Shown piece by piece: positions 18,617 through 27,049 of a stretch of DNA of 64,000 nt. The position numbers and the translations under genes were made by a program. This stretch comes from Reclinomonas americana ATCC 50394 (lineage: Eukaryota), in the NCBI GenBank assembly GCA_048213135.1, contig PS015009.1, positions 1,240,001 to 1,304,000 of the forward strand, written 5' to 3'. The stretch's first letter is position 1, and each line of letters starts with the position of its first letter. The notes under the pieces were generated by a model that saw only the letters and a list, made by a program, of their open reading frames with translations, ran no database searches and was not told the origin of the DNA.

Positions 18617-20623
18617 TTAGTTTTTGTGGTCAGGAACAGGGTTTCCTTTCTCACAGCCTTCTTTCTTTTTTTCATAGCACACCAGCTTGTTGCAGGTCGT
18701 GCAATCGGTGAATTCAATTTTATAGCGTATACACCATTTGAACAGCGCGCTGCAGCAGGGCACCATCTGTGGCGTGGTAATATTGATGCCCAGGCTGGTT
18801 TGCGGGCCGTTCCACTGCTGGCTGTTGGTGCCGTTGGTGAAGTGTCCGTAAGTGGCGGCATCTTTATTACAGGGAATACAGAGGTCATTTTCCGGTGTCA
18901 TTTCAAAATATACCAGTTCGGCTTTTATACTTTTTACGGTCTTCGCCGGGTTGGTGGTTACCGTAATGTTCTGGTTAAATGAAATGGTATTATTGGCAAT
19001 GGTAACGGGCGATGGTGACGGCGCATTGAGTGTAAAATGTTTTTCATCGCAGGCATCGCATTTGCATGGCGGCAGGTCGATGTCTATCTCTGCGCCGGGC
19101 TGGCAAACAATGGGGCCTGGATCTTTATCATCGCCCTGCAAACCTACCTTGATGGTATTTTGTCCTACAGGCACCGTTACATCTATACAATAATTAACCG
19201 ATGTGGTTGGGCCGGTATTCTGTACCTGCAATGCCGGTGTAACATTGGTTACGGTATAGGTTGGTGAATAGGAAGGATGATAAGCCTGGAAACCGCTACC
19301 GGGGTTGGCATAGGTGAGCTGGTAAATGGGACTCGTATACGTAGCGGTAAGACATATTTTGTATTTGTTGAAGCCGTCGGCGCCGGGCAGGCATTCCACT
19401 GAAACCAGTTTGAGCGAAAGGTTCACGTCACAGTTGTTAGCGGAGAACAACGTGGGTTCACTTTTGCCTTCATTGCTGCCAACAGGTTTGCCTTCGCGGG
19501 TAACCGCTTGTACCTGCCAGATGAAGTCGCAGAGGTAAGGTGGTTTGCAGGGGCCGGTGAGTATGCCATTGAACGTGGTTTCTGTCAGGTCGGTCACTTC
19601 TTTCTGCACCAGTGGTTTATTGGATTGCATGGCCTGCACACCATTCTGGCCCTGCATCAGCTGCCATACTTTTATGCGGTAAGTAACAGGTTCTGATGGT
19701 TTAGGATTTACGGGTGTCCAACGGAAAGTAGTAACACGGGTGAGGTCGCCCAGGTTCAGTACTTTATTGTTATCGGGATAAACATTTCGCGGCGGCGCTG
19801 TTTCCGATCCTGCTTTCACTTTAAAGGTCCAGGGTTCGCTGTTGCCATTATTGCGCCCCATGCCTTTCCCATCCTTATTCAGCGCCTGCACATTCCAGAT
19901 GAAGTCGCAGAGGTAAGGAGGTTTGCAGGGGCCGGTAAGTATATTGGTAACCGTGGCCTGTGTTACCTCACGTATGTCTTTTTCAATAACGGGTGTATTG
20001 GATCGCATGGCTGCGGCGCCGTTCTGGCCCTGCATCAGTTGCCATACCCGCAGGCGATAGGTTACCGGTTCGCGGGGTTTGGGCACCAGCGGTGTCCAGC
20101 GGAAAGTAACGGGGCGCTGCAGGTCGGCTTCGCTGTACTCTTTATCATTCTCGGGGTTGATCAATGTTGGCGGCGCATAGTCCACGTCTTTTGGTGTTTC
20201 CACTGTAAACTCGCGGCACATTTCGTTACTGATGGCCACCTTGTCGATGTTGAAGAACTGTGCGCAGATGGTATAGCTGCCGTCCTTCAGGTCGTTGCAG
20301 TTGCTGATCATACCGGTGAGCTCCTGCGTGGAAAAAGTCCTGGTGGTAAAATTGTCGACCGGTATAGCAGACGACGCGTTGCTTCCGCAAACAACCGATC
20401 CGCCGCTCCTGATCTGTATCACCAGGCGAACGCCTTCGATACGGGCATTGGGTTGTTTCTGCGCCACCAGCAACAGGGCACCGGGGGTGCTGCTCCAGCT
20501 GTCGATTTTGCCCGGCAACTGGTTCTTTACGGTAAAGTTGACAATTTTTATCTGCTGTAGCTGGCCGTTACTGCCCAGGACGAGCAGGAAGAGCAGGCAG
20601 AACAATGAGGCGATCTTCTTCAT
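18617..20623 (-). CDS. Secreted 668-aa protein: Ig-like domain, two tandem FRWTP modules, Cys-rich C-terminal domain
   Basis: Signal peptide MKKIASLFCLLFLLVLGSNGQ; duplicated VWQLMQGQNG...ILTGPCKPPYLCDFIW; CxxC/CC/CxxC C-terminus. Confidence 0.85.
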   Translation of the reverse strand: MKKIASLFCLLFLLVLGSNGQLQQIKIVNFTVKNQLPGKIDSWSSTPGALLLVAQKQPNARIEGVRLVIQIRSGGSVVCGSNASSAIPVDNFTTRTFSTQELTGMISNCNDLKDGSYTICAQFFNIDKVAISNEMCREFTVETPKDVDYAPPTLINPENDKEYSEADLQRPVTFRWTPLVPKPREPVTYRLRVWQLMQGQNGAAAMRSNTPVIEKDIREVTQATVTNILTGPCKPPYLCDFIWNVQALNKDGKGMGRNNGNSEPWTFKVKAGSETAPPRNVYPDNNKVLNLGDLTRVTTFRWTPVNPKPSEPVTYRIKVWQLMQGQNGVQAMQSNKPLVQKEVTDLTETTFNGILTGPCKPPYLCDFIWQVQAVTREGKPVGSNEGKSEPTLFSANNCDVNLSLKLVSVECLPGADGFNKYKICLTATYTSPIYQLTYANPGSGFQAYHPSYSPTYTVTNVTPALQVQNTGPTTSVNYCIDVTVPVGQNTIKVGLQGDDKDPGPIVCQPGAEIDIDLPPCKCDACDEKHFTLNAPSPSPVTIANNTISFNQNITVTTNPAKTVKSIKAELVYFEMTPENDLCIPCNKDAATYGHFTNGTNSQQWNGPQTSLGINITTPQMVPCCSALFKWCIRYKIEFTDCTTCNKLVCYEKKKEGCEKGNPVPDHKN

Positions 20624-20714
20624 AATACTGTTATTTGTATTTGGTACTTCGCTCCGGCACTAAACCCGGCTTCACGATACAAATATGTAATGAAGAAATA
20701 TGCTTTTTTATCGA

Positions 20715-20753
20715 AATGTATATGTGTGGGGGATGATTGTATAAGCGTGCGGG
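20715..20753 (-). promoter_or_regulatory. Candidate LytTR-binding direct repeat upstream of the surface operon
   Basis: aatgtatatgtgtggggg (20715-20732) and attgtataagcgtgcggg (20736-20753): 14/18 identical, 21-bp period; CATATTTG -7-like element just downstream on minus strand. Confidence 0.55.
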
Positions 20754-20794
20754 ACAATTACGAATGAGCAATTACGAATTACGAATCAGTATTT

Positions 20795-20830
20795 AACAAA
20801 ACAGGATGCTATTGTAAAAAGCATCCTGTT
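20795..20830 (-). terminator. Hairpin/terminator after the HK-RR-hypothetical unit
   Basis: 11-bp stem aacaggatgct / agcatcctgtt followed by T-rich sequence on minus strand. Confidence 0.6.
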
Positions 20831-20849
20831 GAACATTCGTAATTCATCA

Positions 20850-21941
20850 TCACCCTTTGGGTTCATTCCACGTAAAGAAGTCCACCTCCATATCGCCGTC
20901 GAAAATGTAGAGTTTGAACGTGTACTCCATCTGGTCGTTTTTGAATACGTTCTTCATCCCGGAGATGAACCACATCATTTTTATTTTGGGGAGCCCGGGT
21001 GCGAATTTTTTATAGTTGGTATACAGCGACCACTGCGCCATCCAGTTCACGGGGCTTTGGCTGATGGGCTTTTTGGCAACGGATGCCAGTATGAAATCGT
21101 CGCCGTAATGTTCTTTCATCGACGCTTTAATAACATCGTACACTTCAAAGAACAGGTTGCGGGCCCGGTTGCTGTCGCCAGCCACTTTAAAGAAGCCTTC
21201 GAAGTACCAGCGGCCATCTTTCTTTATCCTTTTAAGGGCGGTCCTTTCAAAACCCGGCAGTGTTACCTGGCTGGTATAGTATACCTGCCCGATGTAATCG
21301 GTGGAATCCCTGCCGGTCATCTTTTTCAGGGAATTGTAATTGTTGATCACGCTTTCAAATACGTCCCAGTTGAAAGCTGCTTTATCGTTCTCGAGTTTCA
21401 GCAGCCAGCCGGTTTTTATATTGCCCGCCTTTACTGGCTCTGCAGGTGCGGGTTTGGCAACAGGCGTGGATGGGGTATAGCCATCTGCAGGTTTGGAATA
21501 GCAAATGGATACGGCCGTTTTGCCTTCATAAAATATCCTGATCTTCCAGCCGCGGCTGCGGTAGTCCGAAAAATTCATTTTTGTGCTGGTGAGTGTCGGG
21601 CTGCCCAGCTTTGCCGCGAAATCATCCGGGGTCATAGCCCATGTCAGTTGCATGGGCATTGGTTTTTTATAATAGCCATAGCGTTCTGCAGCAGAACCGT
21701 AACGCAACTTGCCGTTCTCCAGCTCAACTTCAGTTATCACATCGTTCTCTCGTGAGATATAAATCGTGAAATTTTGGTCCCAGGCGTCGGTATAAAAAGT
21801 TTCCTGCTGTTTAAGTTGCCGGAATAAAGGATCAGATACCGGTTTACCTACCAGGTCGAGCAACCTGTCGCCCTGTATAGGCTGGGCAAAAGACGTGCTG
21901 TATAAAAGCAGTGCTAAAAGGCTGGTGATGAGGGTCTTCAT
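20850..21941 (-). CDS. Secreted hypothetical protein (363 aa), two domains joined by Pro/Ala linker
   Basis: Signal peptide MKTLITSLLALLLYSTSFAQ from ATG 21941; TPSTPVAKPAPAEP linker. Confidence 0.75.
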   Translation of the reverse strand: MKTLITSLLALLLYSTSFAQPIQGDRLLDLVGKPVSDPLFRQLKQQETFYTDAWDQNFTIYISRENDVITEVELENGKLRYGSAAERYGYYKKPMPMQLTWAMTPDDFAAKLGSPTLTSTKMNFSDYRSRGWKIRIFYEGKTAVSICYSKPADGYTPSTPVAKPAPAEPVKAGNIKTGWLLKLENDKAAFNWDVFESVINNYNSLKKMTGRDSTDYIGQVYYTSQVTLPGFERTALKRIKKDGRWYFEGFFKVAGDSNRARNLFFEVYDVIKASMKEHYGDDFILASVAKKPISQSPVNWMAQWSLYTNYKKFAPGLPKIKMMWFISGMKNVFKNDQMEYTFKLYIFDGDMEVDFFTWNEPKG

Positions 21942-22004
21942 GATCTTGTTTTCAGCCAAGATACTATCCCTGTTCTCTTTATGCAATACCGTGGAGAGGG
22001 TATT

Positions 22005-22772
22005 CTAGGCTTTGCGCCTGATCCATTTTTCGAACCTGGACAGGAAATCGTCTTTTCTTCTTGACGCCACCGGAAGTTCTTTCCCATTTTCAAGCACCAC
22101 ATCGCCCCCGCTGCCCTTAATGTATTCGCGGATGTAGGAAAGGTTGATGATGTATTTATCGTGTATCCTGGTGAAGTCGGCATCGGGCAGGAGTTTTTCG
22201 TATTCGCCGAGTTGCCGGGAAACCAGTATGCTCTTTCCGTCGTTAAGAAAAAAGTTGGTGTAATTGCCGTTGCTTTCGCAATACATGATGTCGGCCAGTT
22301 TTACGAACACGAGCCCGTTACTGGTAGAGAGCGGTATTTTTTGCGACTGCGTATTTTTTCCCGATGATTCGATGAGGGAGAACAGGTTGCGGTTAAATGC
22401 TTTCTGTTCGATCTTATCCGCAGCGGTATTAACCACGCTGATCAGTTTTTCTGTATTGATGGGTTTGGTGAGGTAACCGATGGCATGGTGCTCAAAGGCT
22501 TCAACGGCATAGTGACTGTAAGCAGTTACAAATATGACCTCAAACTGAACAGGTTCCAGTTGTTTGAGCATCTCGAAACCATTGAGGTGCGGCATTTCAA
22601 TATCCAGGAAAAGCAGTTGCGGCTGCAGCTCCCTTATCATGGTCAATCCTTTCCGGGCGTCGGTTTCCGTAGCCAGTACCTGTACCTGCGGACAATACCC
22701 GGCCAGCATTTTGGTGAGCAGTTGGGCATTCCTGGCCTCATCGTCCAGTATCATACAGCTGATGTTGATCAT
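22005..22772 (-). CDS. LytTR-family response regulator
   Basis: ILDDE, LFLDIEMP, FVTAY, YLTKP receiver; DIMYCESNGNYT, FTRIHDKYIINL, LPVASRRK LytTR. Confidence 0.96.
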   Translation of the reverse strand: MINISCMILDDEARNAQLLTKMLAGYCPQVQVLATETDARKGLTMIRELQPQLLFLDIEMPHLNGFEMLKQLEPVQFEVIFVTAYSHYAVEAFEHHAIGYLTKPINTEKLISVVNTAADKIEQKAFNRNLFSLIESSGKNTQSQKIPLSTSNGLVFVKLADIMYCESNGNYTNFFLNDGKSILVSRQLGEYEKLLPDADFTRIHDKYIINLSYIREYIKGSGGDVVLENGKELPVASRRKDDFLSRFEKWIRRKA

Positions 22773-22782
22773 ATGCCGGTGA

Positions 22783-25683
22783 TTAAGGTTGTAAGTCTAA
22801 AGGTATTTTCAAAATGATCGTGGTTCCCGAAGCATTGCCAGCAGCGTCGTACTTATCAACGATTATTTCTTCGATGCCATACAATTCCGCTCTTCTTTTC
22901 GATATCTGCATGCCGCGGCTCTGGTATTCGGTATGCGTTTCATTACGGAGCTGTAATGCTTTCTTTCTTCCCACACCATCGTCGTCGATACTGCAAAACA
23001 GCTTGCCTTCTTTCTTTTCAATTTCGATACAAATCTGTCCTTTCCTGTTCTCGAGGTGCCGGATACCGTGGCGGATAGCGTTTTCCACGTAGGGTTGCAG
23101 GAGCATGGCCGGAACAAATATGTGCTGCCTGTCGAGGTCCTCTCCTGCGGCTACAAAATACGTAAACTTATCATCAAAGCGCAGTGTTTCCAGCTGAAGG
23201 TAATTATCCAGGTACCGCATTTCTTCTTCCAGTGAAATAATGGCGGAGGAGGAATTGTCCAGCGTGCTGCGCAATAGTTCAGAAAATTTATCGAGGTATT
23301 TATCCGCCTGTTTAAAGTCGCCGTCAAACAAAAACCCTTTTATGGAGTTAAGACAATTGAACACAAAATGTGGATTGATCTGTGCTTTAAGGGCCTGCAT
23401 TTCCAGTTCCGACAGTTTTTTCTCCGTCACCACTTTTTCCACCGCGGCCTGCTGCTTTTGCCGGTTTCTCCTTTGCAGGAAAAAAATACTGCCCAGGAAA
23501 ATAAACAGGGCGATAAAGCTCCAGAATATCCCGTTCTTCCAGAAAGGTGTATTGATATAAATGTTGATGGAGGCGGTTTGGGTTGACGGACTGCCATCTC
23601 TTTTCAGGGTTCGTATTTTAATATTGCTGGCCCCGGGCGCCAGGCGACGCAGTTCCAGTACACTTCTTTCCAGCCGCAGCCAGTTGCCATCGTTGATGCT
23701 GTACTGGAATACGGGGTGATAACCCGTAAGATCAACCGCCGAAAATTCGATGGAGATGTCGTTCATATCATAGGGCAGATCATACGACACCGACACCGCT
23801 GTATCCTTACCGTTAATGGTGACCCGTGTTATGAAGGTTTGAATATCGGCAACGGGTAAACGCATTTCGGCAGGCAGGTAACTGATACCGCCGTTGGTAG
23901 CCAGGTAAACGGTGTCACGCTGGGAAAATATCGCATTCACCTGTTCACCGCTGAGCCCGTCGGCAATACCAAAAGCCGTATTGCTGTAGTTAAATTTTCC
24001 ATTGTTGAAGGTGTACCTGATCCGGCTCAGTCCTTTATTCGTACCCAGCCACACTTCACCGGCCTTGCTGCACAGCAGCGATTTACAGGTGTTGCCGGGT
24101 ATAATATCACCAAGGGCTATGCCCGCCACCACATCGCGGTTGCGCAGTACAAAAAGCGAGTCTGCACCCGGACCAACAAAGATGAGGTCGTCGGGTGTAC
24201 TGCACATGGTGTTGATCTTATACGTAAGTCCTTTTTGTTTGGTGCCGTAATAATACAATCCGCCGCCTTCCCACCTGTACAGTCCGTCGTTGGAACCAAT
24301 ATAAACCTGTCCGTTTCTGTCAGCAGCAAGGCTTACCACTCTTTTCCTGATGCTGTCGGTAATGCGGAAATCGGGCAGGTGTACTTTGTAGGTTACCGAA
24401 TGCGTACCCATGGCCATGGTGCTGTCATTGATAAGGAGCGCCGCCTTGGAAGAGCGGTTCTTCGGTCCCTGGAAGGATTCCTGTATCCGGTTGCCGGTTG
24501 TATTAAAAAGATAGGAGCCTGTTTGCGTGGCTACGTATATCCCTTGCCGTAAGTTGATGATATTCCGTACCCAGGTATCGGAGTTGGCGGCGGGTGTGAG
24601 CGAGGTTTTGGTCAGGCCGTACACCCCGTCATAGGCATATACTTCTCCTTTATTATTACCGGTTATATACAGGTTGCCGGTTTTGATGATGGCATTGAAA
24701 TTCTGCTGCAGCACGGGCAGGGCGGTAAAGGAAGATATACGTTTCTGCTGCACTTTGATCAGCCCCGATTCCCGGGAAGACAGCCAGCTGTTGCCATAAT
24801 CATCCTGCAAAACATTGCGGACATTGGAGCCGCTGGAGATGCTTTCACTCAGTTCCAGGGTTTCTGCATTGAGCAGGTACGTAATATCATTAACCGATGT
24901 GATGGTGGGCTGTTTGCCGGTATAACCCAGTATACGGATCTGGAAGGGATAGTCTTTTGTTTTCTCCGGCCGGGGTATGCCCTTATCGTCTATCCTGAAT
25001 TTGGTGATGGTATTGGACTGCCCGATGTACAATACGTCTTTTACTTTTTCACACCACAGGGAAAGCGCCGGGCTGATGCGATCACCTGCCACCAGTTTTC
25101 CGTTCACCAGGTAACGGAAGGAGTCGAGGCAGACCACCAGCAACTGATCACCGTTTACCTGGTATACCCGTATCGGTGGTTGTATGCGCTGGTCTTTATC
25201 CAGTATGGCGCTGTACTCCTTTACTTTATGGTCTTTGTAAATATAGAGGCTGCGCTGGTTGTTGCTGAATGCCATACCGCCATTGTCGAGCACATTGGCA
25301 GTGCTGGTATTGGCCATATTGATTTTGGCGAGTTCGGGGTCTGTGGTGCTGTTCTCGAAACGGTCTTTGGCCTGGTTATAATAAGAAGGTGGTTTGCCAA
25401 AGGGGATAGCCCATACCTGTCCGGCGCTGTCGAGCAATATATCCACGATCTCATTATCGGGCAGCCCCTGCGCTGTGGTGTAAGTACGGAATATCCTGCC
25501 GTCAAAGCGGCTGATGCCAATATCAGTGGCTATCCATAGAAACCCCCGCTTATCGAGCATCGTCCTGTACACGCTATTGCTGGCCAGCCCCTCCTTGGTC
25601 GTATACACAATGGTTTGCGTGGTTTGTGAGAAGGAAGGAAATGCCAGGAGCAGTACGACAATATGGACGATGAGTTTGCGCAC
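22783..25683 (-). CDS. LytS-like sensor histidine kinase with periplasmic beta-propeller + Y_Y_Y domain
   Basis: ALKAQINPHFVFNCLNSI, LLQPYVENAIRHG; YT..GL.SN propeller repeats; single TM after TPFWK; GTG 25683 preferred (track extension is 8-mer repeat DNA). Confidence 0.93.
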   Translation of the reverse strand: MRKLIVHIVVLLLAFPSFSQTTQTIVYTTKEGLASNSVYRTMLDKRGFLWIATDIGISRFDGRIFRTYTTAQGLPDNEIVDILLDSAGQVWAIPFGKPPSYYNQAKDRFENSTTDPELAKINMANTSTANVLDNGGMAFSNNQRSLYIYKDHKVKEYSAILDKDQRIQPPIRVYQVNGDQLLVVCLDSFRYLVNGKLVAGDRISPALSLWCEKVKDVLYIGQSNTITKFRIDDKGIPRPEKTKDYPFQIRILGYTGKQPTITSVNDITYLLNAETLELSESISSGSNVRNVLQDDYGNSWLSSRESGLIKVQQKRISSFTALPVLQQNFNAIIKTGNLYITGNNKGEVYAYDGVYGLTKTSLTPAANSDTWVRNIINLRQGIYVATQTGSYLFNTTGNRIQESFQGPKNRSSKAALLINDSTMAMGTHSVTYKVHLPDFRITDSIRKRVVSLAADRNGQVYIGSNDGLYRWEGGGLYYYGTKQKGLTYKINTMCSTPDDLIFVGPGADSLFVLRNRDVVAGIALGDIIPGNTCKSLLCSKAGEVWLGTNKGLSRIRYTFNNGKFNYSNTAFGIADGLSGEQVNAIFSQRDTVYLATNGGISYLPAEMRLPVADIQTFITRVTINGKDTAVSVSYDLPYDMNDISIEFSAVDLTGYHPVFQYSINDGNWLRLERSVLELRRLAPGASNIKIRTLKRDGSPSTQTASINIYINTPFWKNGIFWSFIALFIFLGSIFFLQRRNRQKQQAAVEKVVTEKKLSELEMQALKAQINPHFVFNCLNSIKGFLFDGDFKQADKYLDKFSELLRSTLDNSSSAIISLEEEMRYLDNYLQLETLRFDDKFTYFVAAGEDLDRQHIFVPAMLLQPYVENAIRHGIRHLENRKGQICIEIEKKEGKLFCSIDDDGVGRKKALQLRNETHTEYQSRGMQISKRRAELYGIEEIIVDKYDAAGNASGTTIILKIPLDLQP

Positions 25684-25710
25684 CTTATAAAGATAATATG
25701 ATAATGTGAT

Positions 25711-25812
25711 GATTTGGGGATGTGCGGATGTGTGAATGAGAAAATGTGCGGGTGTGGGGATATGCGGATGTGCGGATGTGAGGATGAGAGGATGTGAGGA
25801 TATGTGGATGGG
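25711..25812 (+). repeat. Degenerate 8-mer tandem array (GATGTGCG-like), same family as 5831-6016
   Basis: gatgtgcg-gatgtgtg-aatgagaa-aatgtgcg-ggtgtggg-gatatgcg-gatgtgcg-gatgtgag-gatgagag-gatgtgag. Confidence 0.8.
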
Positions 25813-25925
25813 ATAGAGGCAATAAAAAAGCGAAATACATCGCTGCACTTCGCTTATGTTGGTGGGATTTCTATTTTGGCTGCGGGTAGTAAGTCTTGAT
25901 ACCTGCTATTTGTTACCTGATACCT

Positions 25926-27026
25926 TTACTCAACCAGCCTGTCCAGGCAACCGTACTCTGTTTTCAGCAGGTCATCATACTGGTCGGCGTTTTTGAAAAG
26001 GCGTTCAAACTGTTCCTTTCCATTCTCTGCGGTCATGTCCAGGTCGTACAGGATGCAGCTCAGCACTATGTTCTGGCCGCTGCAGCTGATTACCAGTCCG
26101 TTCATTTTATAGTTTTCTTCCAGCAGGAATTTGTACAGCGGTTTTATTTTAGTACCGTCTGAAGGCATCTGGCAAAGAAAGGCATCGGCGGCAATAAAAT
26201 AATTATCGGGGTTATAAGCGATCTTGATCTTGGCGCTGCCTTCTTCTACTTCCCAGTTGTTGGCACCGTTGCGGGCCAGCTTGATGTCTTTGCCCAGTTC
26301 ACGCAAAACGGTTTCAATGGTTTTAGCTACACCAACGGGTTCGGCTTCTTTTTCCGGCATTTCAGGAAGTTTGACCTCGGTACCGCAACTGGGGCAATAT
26401 TTACCGGAGTCGATATTGGCGGAAGTAACCAGGAAATCGCAGGAAGCACAACGCGTAGTGGCCTGGCCATGGTTGGGCTGGTACAACTGCAGGGCAGTGC
26501 GCAGGTAATTCACCGGCAGTGCAAAACCCAGGTTGTCGCCACCGCGGATGATGAAGGAGTTTACACCAATAATCTCTCCCCTGTCGTTCACCAGCGGGCC
26601 GCCGCTGTTTCCGGGATTGATGGCCGCGTCGATCTGAATGAACTTGAGACCATCGCGGATGCGGTCCACTTTACTGATCACGCCCTGCGTAGCGGTATAG
26701 TTCAGTCCATAAGGATGACCAATAGCAACAATACCATCACCATCTTTCATTTCTTCGTAACGGCCCAGGTGAATATCGGGCAGCGCCGTTCCGGCGGGCG
26801 GTTCCAGGAAAGCCAGGTCATGCTTCCTGTCGGTATACCATACCCGGCTCAGCATTTTAGCGAAGCCTTTACCTTGTATGGTCACTTCCGCGGAATTGTC
26901 CACTACGTGGTTATTGGTAACGATAACATCGAATTCCTTTACATAAAACCCGGTACCGGTGCCGGTTTGCGTGGCTATTTGTATAATGGCGCCCTGGTAT
27001 TTTTCTATAATGTCCTGTGTTGGCAT
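25926..27026 (-). CDS. Cytoplasmic trypsin-like (S1C) serine protease + Zn ribbon + YbjN/T3SS-chaperone-like domain
   Basis: TNNHVV, HDLAFL, INPGNSGGPL triad; CASC...CPSC; no signal peptide or PDZ; C-terminal FLLEENY...ADQYDDLL. Confidence 0.85.
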   Translation of the reverse strand: MPTQDIIEKYQGAIIQIATQTGTGTGFYVKEFDVIVTNNHVVDNSAEVTIQGKGFAKMLSRVWYTDRKHDLAFLEPPAGTALPDIHLGRYEEMKDGDGIVAIGHPYGLNYTATQGVISKVDRIRDGLKFIQIDAAINPGNSGGPLVNDRGEIIGVNSFIIRGGDNLGFALPVNYLRTALQLYQPNHGQATTRCASCDFLVTSANIDSGKYCPSCGTEVKLPEMPEKEAEPVGVAKTIETVLRELGKDIKLARNGANNWEVEEGSAKIKIAYNPDNYFIAADAFLCQMPSDGTKIKPLYKFLLEENYKMNGLVISCSGQNIVLSCILYDLDMTAENGKEQFERLFKNADQYDDLLKTEYGCLDRLVE

Positions 27027-27049
27027 ATCGTTTCTTTTACTGCTGCGGT

